DNA from: Octopus bimaculoides
Taxonomy: Eukaryota
Length of the DNA stretch: 64,000 nt
Assembly: GCF_001194135.2 (NCBI RefSeq)
Contig: NC_068990.1
Coordinates: forward strand, 17,748,959 to 17,812,958
Direction: 5' to 3'
Part shown: piece after piece, positions 38,401 to 50,583 of the stretch
Layout: every line of letters begins with the position of its first letter
Position numbering within the stretch: position 1 is the first letter of the stretch
The notes under the pieces: model-generated
The model's input: the letters and a program-made list of their open reading frames with translations, nothing else
Told to the model about the DNA's origin: nothing
Databases searched by the model: none
Made by a program: the position numbers and the translations under genes

Positions 38401-39008
38401 ACAAAACTGGCAAATTGACCATTACAACAGCACTAATTTGATCAGTCGTTTATAAGCAGAGTATCCTTCCCACTAATTTCATTCCCTTCCTATTTCCTTC
38501 TTCACCTTTGTTGCTGCAATATGTTCAGAATATGGCTTCTATTTAAAAAGGAATAATGAAAACTCACACAAATAAACACTACTCAGTTTTGACATCACCA
38601 CTACAACATTAGATACTCTATAAAGAAATCTCTCTGAGTCCAAGCATGGCTGTGCATTTAAGAAGTTTACTTCACAGACCCATGGTCTCAGGTTCAAACA
38701 CCACACAACAACATGGGAAGATGGCTTCTATAGCCTCAGACTGTCCTTGTGAGCAGATTTTTGTGGACAGACATTATCTATTGTATGCACAGGCTAATTA
38801 ACCAAACCCTCTGTTACATAATGTTTAGCATGTTGTCTGTTGTATACTATTATCCATAGCCTGAATTGTATAATAGTCAGAGAGGCCTTTATTTTGTAAT
38901 GCCTGGCAGGATCTCTATTGTATAATACTCATCATTCCAATATGTCCTGCTTCAAGCCCCATCATCTGCCACTGATTAAATAATCTTGTAAATATTTTTA
39001 TCTTCCAG

Positions 39009-39126
39009 ATGTTTTAGCTGCTTTGGTTTTGATAACTTGGAGTTATTTTCCGCTTCGCCATCCAAAGAAGAGAACTGGTCTAAACAGTAATACAATGTTA
39101 TATAAGGTGATGTACTAGTTATAAAG
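39009..39126 (+). other. Exon-like segment immediately upstream of the GOLGA1 ATG exon
   Basis: tttatcttccag| ... AAG|gtgagt, both strong sites. The phase-1 frame reads VLAALVLITWSYFPLRHPKKRTGLNSNTMLYKVMY*, with the stop at 39116-39118. Confidence 0.55.
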
Positions 39127-39949
39127 GTGAGTGGAGCTTTCATTTTAATTTTTTTATTTGTGTTGTTTTTTCTTATATTCTAGTTGATTACTGGCTTTTG
39201 GTCATTAGACTGCAGCCACTGTTGGGACACCACTGTTAAGAGCTTTAGCTCATTAATATCAATCTCAGTATTTTATCTGGTAATTATTTTAGTGATTTCC
39301 TAAAGGAAGAAAAGCAGAGTTGATCTGAGTATAAAGAGACATAACTGGGTGGGACACAATACCAGAGTACTGGAAGTGAGAAGTAATGGAGGAGAGAGAC
39401 CAATGGATGTCATTAGTAAATGATAGGGAAGAGAGTAATGGGAGAGAGAGAGAGAGTGAATGATGGCTTGTAATAAAATGGTGAGGACAAGAAGGGAATC
39501 AAATAGAGGTAGATCAGATTATAATGTCATCCCTCTTTATGCAAGCAGCGTGATGAAAGGGAGATAGTTATAATAGGGAGGTACATTGATAAGAAAGGGA
39601 GTGGGTGATAGATGGAAGAGTCAAGAGGAGATTGGAGAGAGAGAGCAGTATATATGGAATTATCAAGTGAGCATAAATTACATTTGTATTGCATATAGAC
39701 ATTGCAAAGTACATGAACATGTTGGTTGAGAAATACCTCAGCATATGTCTTATACACCCTTGTCTCCATCACTTTCATGATCTTAGGGAGCCCACTTAGC
39801 TTAATGGTACAGAGCACTCGGCCGATATCTGAGAGGTCTGGGATTTGATTCTCTGTAGCTGCCTGTTGGCAACTTTTTACTTGTTTTGCCTCAGCATGAC
39901 CAAAGCTTTTGGCTGAAATGTATAAAAGACTAACACCATCATCATTCTT

Positions 39950-41120
39950 CATCCATTTGCTAAATTCAACGAGTCCACTCAATCACAGAGCTTTACTACT
40001 GGTCATGTTTATCTCCTCCTCTGTTAGGTTCAACATTTTGAGATCAACTTTTCTCACTTCGTCCCATCTTTTCCTTATTCTCTTTCTTCCTCAAGGGCCA
40101 TCCACTTGGAATGTTTGGCATTTTTTTTTTAAACAACTGGCACCCTTCATACACATATCTTACCCATATTAGCATAATCTTCTATTTTGTACACTTCATC
40201 TGATTCCTCTTGTTTCCAATTTTTCTCTAAACTCATTTCTGCTTTGTTGGTGATGCAGACTAATATTACACATTCAACAGCATGTACTCACTTCATTTTT
40301 TTCTTCTCTCTACCCTCTTCAAATCCCCAACTTTCAAGGTTCATACCTCACTACCATGCAACTCTGTACTTAGTAAACAAGCCTTGTATTACATACCCTT
40401 GACTCAGAGAGAGAAATCCTTTGTTTGCTAGCAGGGATAAATAATTCTCTGAAAGTTTTCATTCCTGTTTAAACTCGGGCAATGATGCTTTTAGAACACT
40501 CAAAGGCTATCAACAGCTTCTAGGAAGTCTTTAAAACATCTGAAGAAATTTATTTCTTGTATACCCTTCTTGTTAACTACTCCAATGTGAAGTTTATGTT
40601 TCCTGTTAACTTGTCTTTGAGCCTACTTTATCTCTGCTGCACCCATACTTCATGCTAAATTCCACTCTTAGCTCATTAACTTTCACCTTGCTGATAACAT
40701 CTCTTTACATGGTTTGCAAGGTTCTCACAGGCCATTCATCTATCCCTAGTTTTCCAGGCTACAGAGAATAGTTCCCTGACAAAAGCTAGGTGGAATGGCT
40801 TTGTATTTATCTTGTAGTTGTTTCACTAATGGCATCATTGGTATTAACCTGAACCACATCTCAACTAGGCTAATTCTCTTCCTCATCAGTTGTGTTCTAG
40901 CACTTACAGTAACTTCCATAAACTGGTCCATCTAATGGCTCTGTAGTTGGTTTGTTTCTTGAACATCCTCCTTTACCCCTTGTAGTAGTTGATGATGAAA
41001 CTACTATGCTTACATCATCTAAGCTTGTCATTAAGTAGCACACTTTCCTGGTTGACAATACACTTGACTAACATATGATCTGTTTTGTTCGTTGTTTTGA
41101 GTGTGTTGACAATTATCCCT
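39950..41120 (-). mobile_element. Decayed RTE LINE (RT region plus C-terminal part, internally deleted)
   Basis: Minus-strand remnants resembling VKQLQDKY, DFSLxVKGMxYKACLLSTELHGSE and the RKTWDEVV..DL 3' end, homologous to the copy at 2.7-3.5 kb. Boundaries approximate. Confidence 0.65.
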
Positions 41121-41469
41121 GTTAGTCCAGCAGTTTAAAAAAAAATTTCTTTTCTCCCCACCCCCTCACAAGTTAGCCAAAATAAGAATCGTTATTGTTT
41201 AACTTTTGCATTCCATGTTTGTGAGGGTTGAATGACTAAACAAGATCTGACATACCAGAGGACTGTGTTGAGCTCCAACATCTGCCTTGGTGTGGTTTCT
41301 AGAGCTGGTTGTCTTTCCTTAACACCAACCATTTTACTGAGTTGTGGGTGATTTTTTTTCATGGTACTGGCATTAATGAAGTTGCCAAGTAACTCACAAG
41401 ACAAGACCCCTCACCCCAGGATGGAAAAGGCTCAGAAAGTTATTTTACTGGTAACGAGGGAATTCTTAC

Positions 41470-41880
41470 TTTGTCTATGGAGTGAAAGGGTGCATGGTAG
41501 TGAAATGTGGACACTGAATTCTGAGAATGTGCCATGCTTGGAAGGAGTTGAGGCAAACGTGTTCTGTTGGATGTGTAATGTTTGTATGAATGATGTGTAC
41601 ATGGACAAATGAAGTGAGAGTTAAACTGAGTACAAAAGGAATCGTTTGTACTGTGTAAGGATGAAGACTGTGTTGGTACAGATATGTATGTGTATGAATG
41701 ATAACAGAGGTGGGTAAAGACATGCTAGGATACCCAAGTGGGAGGGAGACCAAAGAAGACCTGAGGAGTGGTGAAAGCTGATTTCAAGATGTTGAACTGA
41801 AAAAAGGAGATGACAAAAGAATACGACTGGTGAGATGCTGTGTTGGGAAGGATCTGTCCAACACGTGCAAACATAGAAAA
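41470..41880 (+). mobile_element. Decayed RTE LINE 3' fragment
   Basis: RVHGSEMWTLNSENVPCLEGVEANVFCWMCNV matches the RTE LHGSETW...MLRWMCNV segment, followed by a degenerate 3' end. Confidence 0.7.
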
Positions 41881-42251
41881 GTGGGTGTAAAAGTGATGAT
41901 ATATTATAGTTTCCATCTGTTTTCCACCCACAAAGCATTGTTTAACCTGAAAGTGTAGCAAGAACTTGCCCAAGGTGCTGCACTGTAGAATTGAATCTGA
42001 AAGACACATTGGTGTAAAGCAAACTTCATCACACAATGACATGAAAAGATTTCCAATCATGAGGAAATATCACCTTAGTTGGTAAACAGGTGAAGTTTTG
42101 TGTCAGGAAGGGCATCTGGTTGTATGAAATCAGCCTGAAACTCTAACTCTTGCAGGCATAGAAAAATGGTGGGGTTATGATGATGATAATTTTGTACCAG
42201 TTAGTATGCTGTAACTGTAATATAGCAATCTTATGCTCTCTTTTCAGAAAG

Positions 42252-42372
42252 ATGTTTGCTCGATTGAAAAAGAGAATCCAAGAAGAAGGAGGCAATGTGA
42301 ATGATGTGGACAAGACTTTTATTACAACTGGTGGGGGACCAGGATTGGCAAGTCCTGTCAACAGATTTCAAG
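42252..42372 (+). CDS. GOLGA1: Golgin subfamily A member 1 (golgin-97), first coding exon
   Basis: ttttcag|aaagATG; MFARLKKRIQEEGGNVNDVDKTFITTGGGPGLASPVNRFQ(G) matches the recalled golgin-97 N-terminus MFAKLKKKIAEE. Donor CAAG|gttttt, phase 1. Confidence 0.85.
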
Positions 42373-42620
42373 GTTTTTATAAATATATTATTTTCTTTGA
42401 TTATTTGTCTTTTTGAATGTAATGCTAGTTTGTTGAATGTCTCTTGGATTCATTCTTGCTGACACACAAAACTCACCAGCATACATGAGCGCATGCTTGT
42501 ATTTTGTTTTTTTGCCTGTGTTAATTCATTCTATGTTATTGCTGTGGTATGTGTGTATGATGCTTTTCCTTGTAGCCTGTGCTGCCAAGTCAATCACCAT
42601 TGTATCTATATTCTTTTTAG

Positions 42621-42730
42621 GATCCCCATTTACATCTCAGACCAGCCAACATGGGAAAGAGTGGCCAGATACTGATTCAGGTGTAAGCAGTGCTGCATCA
42701 CCAAACAGTCAATCCAGTGAAGACATCACA
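42621..42730 (+). CDS. GOLGA1: GOLGA1 coding exon
   Basis: tttttag|GA ... ACA|gtaagg; (G)SPFTSQTSQHGKEWPDTDSGVSSAASPNSQSSEDIT. Phase 1 to 0. Confidence 0.8.
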
Positions 42731-42959
42731 GTAAGGGTATTGGCTTTGTTATATTTTTTCTGTTTCTTTACAGACTGTTGTCTCTAACTACCCAGTTTCT
42801 GAATTATTTCTGGAAGTAGGTGCAGGTTTGGCTGTGTGGTCAAATTTGTTTGCTTACCAACCACATAGTTTTGGGTTCAGTCCCACTGTTCAGTTGTATA
42901 TAAGTAAACTAAGGAACAATTCTTTTTCTTCTGACTAACCTTAATATTGCTCATATATA

Positions 42960-43340
42960 TATCACCATCATTTAATGTCTGTTGTCCATGCTGGTATGGG
43001 TTGGACGGTTTGACTGGGCTGGCATGCTGGAAGGCTGCACCAGGCTCCAGTCTGATTTGGCATGGTTTTCTACAGCTGGTTGCCCTTCCTAATGCCAACC
43101 ACTCTGAGAGTCTAATGGGTGCTTTTACGTGCCATCGGCATGACACCGGTATCTACCATGATTGCGATTTTGCTCATCTTGATGGGTCTTCTTCTCGAGC
43201 ACAACATAATGCCAAAGGTCTCGGTCATTGCCTCCGTGAGGCCCAACACTCGAAAGGAGCTCAGTTGGGCTATGACTCTCTCCATAACTTTCGTTACCTG
43301 ATTCAACAATTTGATAACTCTGTAATTATTTTTATCTAAG
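42960..43340 (-). mobile_element. RTE LINE chimera: short RT fragment joined directly to the 3' terminus
   Basis: DKNNYRVIKLLNQVTKVMERVIAQL (RT start) runs into the LTEAMT... C-terminus and the shared 3' tail; the same 3' part occurs at 63790-64000. Confidence 0.7.
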
Positions 43341-43989
43341 GCATCACCTTTATCTTTGTAGCAGTTGACTAGGGTGCTGCTACACTAGACATTAGGTGTG
43401 TGTGTGTGTTACGCTCATGCTCTCAGCATTTTATTGAAGCTAAGCTACAAAGACTTCACAAACTGTTATTCTGAGTTTCATGTAACTGATTCAGACAATA
43501 TTCTTTTCTACTCTAGGCCCGAAATTTTCTGGGGAGGGGAGTCAGTCGATTAGATCGACCCCAGTACGCAACTGGTACTTAATTTATTGACCAAGAAAGG
43601 ATGAAAAGCAGAGTCAACCTTGGTGGAATGTGAACTCAGAACGTAAAGACAGACGAAATACCGCTAAGCATTTCGCCCGGCGTGTTTAACGTTTCTGCCA
43701 GCTCTCCGCCTTCTGATTCAATATTATTAAACCTTAATATTGTTTTACATACCCATACCTGTCTGATGAAACTCAAAGTAACAATTTGTGAAGTATTTTC
43801 AGCTTCAATAAAATATAATGTAACTACCCTTGATATTTGAGTGCTATTTTCTCCACCTTGTTTTGTACCTGCACGCACGCGTGTTGCCATTGAAATACAA
43901 ACTTGTGAAAGTTAAACTTTATTGTAAAGGGACATAACTCTAGATATTTTCTGATGTTTTTCGATTTAAAAAATTTTTTTCTCTTCTAG

Positions 43990-44077
43990 TCAAGAGAGAA
44001 TTGTTCGAGGGAAGAAGTAGTGTCTTTACTGCATCAGAAAACGGACCAATGTAAAAAGCTAGAATTAAAAATAAATA
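43990..44077 (+). CDS. GOLGA1: GOLGA1 coding exon
   Basis: cttctag|TCA ... AAT A|gtaagt; SRENCSREEVVSLLHQKTDQCKKLELKIN parallels the recalled [24 protein letters not shown]. Phase 0 to 1. Confidence 0.85.
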
Positions 44078-47000
44078 GTAAGTTTATAACCACAATATTT
44101 CTTTTTATTTGGGTTTGATTATTGTTTACAATATACATTGCATTTCGTTCTTTATAACAAATATAAGTTTATAGAAATGTCATACAAAGAACCAGTGAAT
44201 GAAATGCGTTTGAATAAAACCAGATTTAACTTGTTACAGTGAATTTGAATGTGAGAAGACCTGCTGCTATGGAAATAATCTTGGGAAAAAATTTTCTTCT
44301 TAAACATGTGTGAAAACAGGAGACTCGGCCGTGAATGATGTTACTAGATCATAGAAACACATGCATTTTTGCTTCATCAGCTGCAAGCTCTAAATCTGTC
44401 ATTATAAGAACAAAATTATTCTTATTAAAACAGTATATAATATGCTTGCTGATGTACATAAAGCTTGGTTAAGCTAGAGTTAATGTTGCATAAAGCAGTG
44501 TCAAGTACAATGTTTGTGTAGTCATTAACAATGTATGCATCATACCACACAGCCTGCAGATTAAAACTTAATATTTGTTACTCTGTTATAATTCACATGG
44601 ATTTTGTGTGGATGGTTATTACCTCCAGACAGTTTGAAGAAGAACAATACTTGTTAATTTAAATTGTTTTAAGTAACTCCTGTTGGACTTTTGTGGATGT
44701 AGGTCATAGTTGTGCAGGAAATAATGATTATGCAGTTTTGTTAAAATTTTCTATTTGAAATACTTTTAAATTAAAAAACTAATTTGTTTTTAATGCATAT
44801 TAGTTACTTTTTCAAATTTTATCTTCTTTATTTTGATTATTGATGTTAAATTTGATTCCTGATATACAGGGTGTTTAACACGTACACATGTATGTGTATG
44901 TTTACCTACACAATTTAAAATATTTAGGAAGTGTATATACATAACTTTTGAAACACTGTGTGTGTATGTATGTATATATATATATATATGTATTATCCTG
45001 AATGTATTTGCTTTTAATATCTGCTTAGTGCTTTGATACTAACAATTTAACAATTTCACATCTTTTGAAGTAAAAATATTTTGTGTTAGAGTGAACTAGG
45101 GAAAATAGGTGACATCTATCTTGTGGAATATAAAATGATGATTGATTATTAACCAAACAAAACGAAATCTGTTGATGTTGGTATATTTAGAGTTACACTT
45201 TATACTGTTTTTTTTTTTTATTATAAAGATGGTAGGGTAAAATTTGAGGGCAATTTGGCTGTTATTTCTAGCAGACTAGGCGTTTTGGGTATTAGGATTT
45301 TGTTGAAATCTACCCTGTGAAATTAAATTGTGGTTTACTTCAATTTTATATATTTCGTTGGAAGAAGGTGCTGGAATGGCCGAATAAAGCAAAAGAATGC
45401 CTTATAGCATTTGCTCCAGGTCTTAAATTATCAATTTAAATCAGGCTGTCTTTGTTTTTCCTTTTCTTGGGTCAATAAATTAAAGTCTGTGGTCAATGTA
45501 ATCAAGTAACCTCTTCTCCAAATTTTCCTTGGAGGTGAAAGAGTGGTGTTAATGACTTTTACTGGCCCCTCTCAGACTGGTGAAGTTAACATGTATCAGC
45601 TTGATCCTTTAGGTTGATGTATATAGAGGAATTGAGAGCTAGGTAGAGTTCTGGAAGAATTCTATGGAGAAAAGATAATGTTTGGTGGGTTGACATCCAT
45701 TGGGAATGATAAAGGAAGGTATTGATATGCAACATGCTTGCTGAAAGAGGCATAATCCATCATTGCAGTAGAAGAGACAGAGGAAACAGCAAATCTGTGA
45801 ACTAGTTGTTATAATGTGTTGGTAGGTGAATATTTACCTCTAAGCTCTGCATGTGTACATGCATATGTTTTCCAGCCAGCATGCATACAGTATCTGTGTA
45901 TGGCATAAATGATTAGTTGCCTAAAATAAAATACAGTGTAAAAAAAAAATATTTATATTTGTTATATTCTATTCAGTGTACATGGAAAAAAAAAAAATTC
46001 ACAATGGGATAGGGTCAGAGAAGTTGTCTTTTTCGGGAATTGGATCCTCTGTTATTTCCATAGGTTTGAACATGTGTTGAGAGAGATGTTGAGTCAGTTG
46101 AAGCTAGAGACCAACTCAAGAACATGATGGTTGAGGCTATTGGCAAGGATACTGTCAAGAATAATGATCATATTGAACTGAAGTGACCGGAGAAATTTTT
46201 ATGCTTGTTGATTGCGATAGCTTAGATTAGTAAGGGTTGCACCTATGACTGTTTTTTGGTAGGTCCTCCAAAATAAAAGTGGATAAAGGAACAAACAAGC
46301 CATGACTTGTGGGTTATTCTTAAAACAGCCAGATGCTTACAAAAAAGTGGACTGTGTTGAAGACTTGTAAGGAAGGGCCAGAGGTTTCAATTAATCCTTT
46401 AGCATTCAAATTATTCTGTCAAATGCAATATTTATTCATTCACATTATTTTGAATTAATCATGCATTATCTTGAAACATCAAGATTATGATGATGTGACT
46501 GTTTACTTTTAGAATAACATAAGATAGGAATGAGAGGCCAGATCTGGCCAGTTTCAACATAAAACAACTTGAATATTTGGGCCAGATATGACTGGTTTAA
46601 ATGCTTAAATTGAGCCAGAGATCAACTTTTACCACCTCAAATGAAGTACAATCGTTCTGATGGGCTTCTGTTCAGTTTCTGTCTGTTTAATGCCCCTAAT
46701 AAAAGTTGGGTTGTTAGGTTGTCTCGAAATTATGATAGATGACAAATCCCTAAAATGTCCTACTTTTCGGTGTAGCCAAAAACCACCTGATTGTACAAAA
46801 AACAAATTTCTGAACCACAAGGCCTTGCCTTCAAAGGATCTACTTCGCAAAATATAAAGTTGTTTGTTATAGAACTTTTTAAGAAAATGCAGAGAGAACA
46901 CTGTTGCACTTGATCAAAAACTATATTTTAAATTGCTTTTTAGTTTTTCATTAGGAAAAGATGCAATGTTATTTAGACTCTAAACAAACTAGAAATTCAA

Positions 47001-48455
47001 ACTGATTTTATGAATACTTGCAATTCAGAAAATCATTAACAGAGACTGGCTGATGTTTATGTTGTTTGTAATCAACTTCAGTTGTGGTAGTTCAATAGTT
47101 GAAATGAACGTGGTGTATGTAAATGAGATTAGATGGATGCAGTTTTGGGAATTAAGTATTGGACATAGGGTGTGAAGGATTTGGCAGGGATCTGGAAAGT
47201 GCAGCAGCGTGTTTGGGTCTATATGATTGACAAAGGAGCAAAGTATTTGTAGTTTTATAGTTGTCAATGTAGAACATCAATTTTGTCAACAAGTGATAGA
47301 AAGGGGTTGTCCCCCTTAACATTGAATACAAATCCTTCTCTGGTTGACTTTGCTTTTAACCAGCTGAAAGTGATGAAATAAATAAGTTAAAGTAGTAGGG
47401 TTGATATAATTTAACTGTGCCCTTAAAAAAAAAAAAAGTATTAAAAAACTATTGCCCGATTAAATGGCTTTAATAGTGAAGAATTAATAACACAGTATTA
47501 TGAGGCGGCAAACTGGCAGAATCATTAGCATGCCAGGCAAAATGCTTAGCAGCATTTCATCCCAATTTTTTAAATTCTTTTAATTGTTTCAGTCATTTGA
47601 CTGTGGCCATGCTGGAGCAATGTCTTCAAGGGTTTCAGTCAAACTAATCAACTCCAAGACTAATTTCTTCTAAGTCTAGTACTTTATTGGTGTCTCTTAC
47701 CAAACTGCTAAATTACAGTGACTTAAACAGACCAACACTGGTTGTCAGGTGATGATGGAGGAGGCAAACACTGACACACACACACACATGTATATATACA
47801 CATATGACAGGCTTCTTTCAATTTCCGTCCACCAAATCTACTCACAAAGTTTTGGTTGACCTAAGGTGCCATGCAGTGGGACTGAACCCAAAGCCATGTG
47901 GTTGGGAAGCAACCTTCTTACCACACATCCACGCCTGTGCCATTTCTTCACATTCTGAGTTCAAATGCCACCAGGGTCGTCTTTGCCTTTCATCCTTTCG
48001 GGGTCAATAAAATAAACACTGGTGGGAGGTGTGTGGGGGGATGTAATTGACTTAACCTTTCTCCTGAAATTGCTGATCTTCTGCCAAAATTTGAAGTCAG
48101 TTTAGTATCATAGTATTATGATAATGAACTGGTGAACATCATCATCATCATCATCATCAACAATACATATTTAAAGTTTGCATTTCCAAGCAATCAATTG
48201 GGCTTGACAGAAATGGAAAAAGAAAAAAAAGATAAGAAAAAAATTGGAAATTTTTTTTCTCTCCCATCTTGCTGCTGTATCCATCTTTATATAATATCTT
48301 CCTTTGTTGACTTTAACACCCTTGGCCAGGTAAACTCACATATCCCCTGCTGTTGTTAACTTACGCTCTAACTACATTTCTCATTATGACTTCATGATTC
48401 ATCTCCAACCAGATAATATTACTATTTGTTTTTTTTTTAATTCTTATTTCAAATT

Positions 48456-48660
48456 GGTGGCGAGCTGGCAGAGACATTACCAAGCAGGACAAAATGTTTA
48501 GTGGCGTTTCATTTGTCTTTACGTTCTGAGTTCAAATTCCACTGAGGTCAACTTTGCCTTTTATCCTCTTGGGATTGATAAAATAAGTACCAGTTGAATG
48601 TAATTGACTAACCCCATCTCCCAAAATTTCAGGCCTTGTGCCTATAATAGAAAGAATTAT
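48456..48660 (+). mobile_element. Full-length tRNA-derived SINE (family B) with 13-bp TSD
   Basis: GGTGGCGAGCTGGCAG head, GAGTTCAAATTCC B-box, central GGTCAACTTTGCCTTTTATCC...AAATAAGTACCAG domain; TTATTTCAAATTG at 48444-48456 and 48660-48672. Confidence 0.85.
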
Positions 48661-50523
48661 TATTTCAAATTGCCTGTGTGCTTTTATACATACGCATAGG
48701 GTACCACCTCCAATAATACCATGATCTACTTAAACTTCTTTATATCCATATCCTAGTTTATATATTTCATTCTAACTTGCCACAACTCAATTACTATTGC
48801 TTTTGACAATTTTGATTTATAATTTGGTAATATTCTCAGCTTTTGATAAGTATCCTGTACGCGCATGTATGTGTGCGTGCATGCATGCATGTGTATGTAT
48901 GCAGTGTTGTCACTATCATCATCATCATCATCCATTGCTTTAGGTCTGCCTTTCCATATTAACATGGGTCAGATGGGTTTGTGGGTAGTTGTTTTAAAGC
49001 CAGACTCCTTTCATGATGCCAGTCTTTCAATTGACTCTTAGGACAAAGAGGGACATGATGTATGGAACCTAAAAAACAAGATATAGCATGGTGAAAGAAT
49101 TTGTAATTCATCTCGGGCAAGATTGTTGTAACTTCTTTAAGCCTGTATGTGTATATATGTATTGGTATATCATACTAAATGTATACACACCATTAGAAGG
49201 CATGATATGGAATTGTCTGAGATAAAATTTCTTCATAGACTTGTTAGGTTAAAAACATGATATATATATATCAGAGCAAGACAAACATCATTGCAATGAC
49301 CAATAAGAATGGCAGGCACATTTCATTTTTGTTGAAGCTTGTCAATGCCAAGCATCCAATTGTCACTTGCTTGAATGACATCCATGCTTCAATACACACA
49401 GGAATCAATGAGTAAAACATTCACCGTCATTGAGGAAGCTTGCTGGGCTGGAAAAGAACTCAGTGTGCACAATTGAAAGAGTATTAAATTAAAATGACCA
49501 TCTGTGACTAAATGTATAATGATCGTGTCCTCATTAGCTTCTGGCCTTCATAAAGCTGCTATATAGATGCAGATATAAGGTGTCTTATAATTACAGTTGT
49601 CTTTACTTGAAAAGTATAGAATTATCAAGCTAGAAAATAATAAAATGCTATTCTGTTGAGAACGAAATTTTAAAATGGTAAAGCACCATTTTTGTGTTTG
49701 CTATGAAATGCTTGATATTAGCATCAGTAATAATTGCTCTTGTCAGATTAGGCGCATCTGCAGGAACATTTCCCAAATACTTTTGATTGGCACTAATGTT
49801 CTTGGTCACTTTGTTAAATGGTGCCACTTTGTCATAGATCTTCTTGGAATGTGATTATGCTTGGTCTTTTTAGGCTGCTTTGTTTTTCTCCAAATACTGT
49901 TTCTTGGAATTGGGTTATGTTGATTATTTGGCAGGAATATACCTGCAGTGGCCCCTGCTGTATATAGTCAGCTACTGGGTTCTACTTTAAAACTCAATAG
50001 AATATGGAATAAAATATAACATCTGACCAATGGTTTTGATGACTGCAGACAACTGTCATCTTGTGACCACTTCAATGTTTGTGATTTATAGTCATGTAGA
50101 CTTGACCATCTAAATATTTAAGCCATAGAAGCAAAAGTGCTCATACTCATAATTTGAAATGTGGGCATCTAACCAAAAATAACATTGTTAGCATTAATTT
50201 AGAAAGCAACTTCTAACTACTAATAAATTATTTACAAGTTAATTTAACATTTATCCTTCCCTGTATCACAAGCTCCTTGCTTTCTTTTTGGTGGTGGTGA
50301 TGGTGGTGGTAGGGGTCACCCCCTTCAAATGCCAAAATATTAATTGATAAAACTTCCTTTAACTAAACTTAGTACATCCCAAGCTTGATGCAATTCCTGA
50401 AAATGGTACTGACAGCCTTCTATTAAATAACTTATCTTCAGTTTTGAATATGTGAAAAGAAAAATGTTTGCAAGCTTTGAGAAAGAAAAAAAAAACAACC
50501 ACCACCTTGCTCCATTTTTTCAG

Positions 50524-50583
50524 ATATTAAAGGTAAAAAAGCTGTTGAAAAACGTGAAGCTTCAGAGACAAAGAAAGAAAATG
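50524..50583 (+). CDS. GOLGA1: Candidate symmetric (phase 1-1) GOLGA1 exon
   Basis: ccattttttcag|AT ... AAT G|gttggt; 60 bp, open, (N)IKGKKAVEKREASETKKEN(G). Donor is weak and no homology is recognised. Confidence 0.45.

Noticed and set aside
39527-39982. 151-aa minus-strand ORF
   Set aside because: It overlaps the RTE 3' untranslated region and a CT/GA-rich tract; no recognisable domain.
43763-43800. CTGATGA hammerhead/C-box-like motif (a similar string with CGAAAC lies near 31725-31746)
   Set aside because: No stem II followed by GAAA, no stem III/NUH, and no matching D box with terminal stem.
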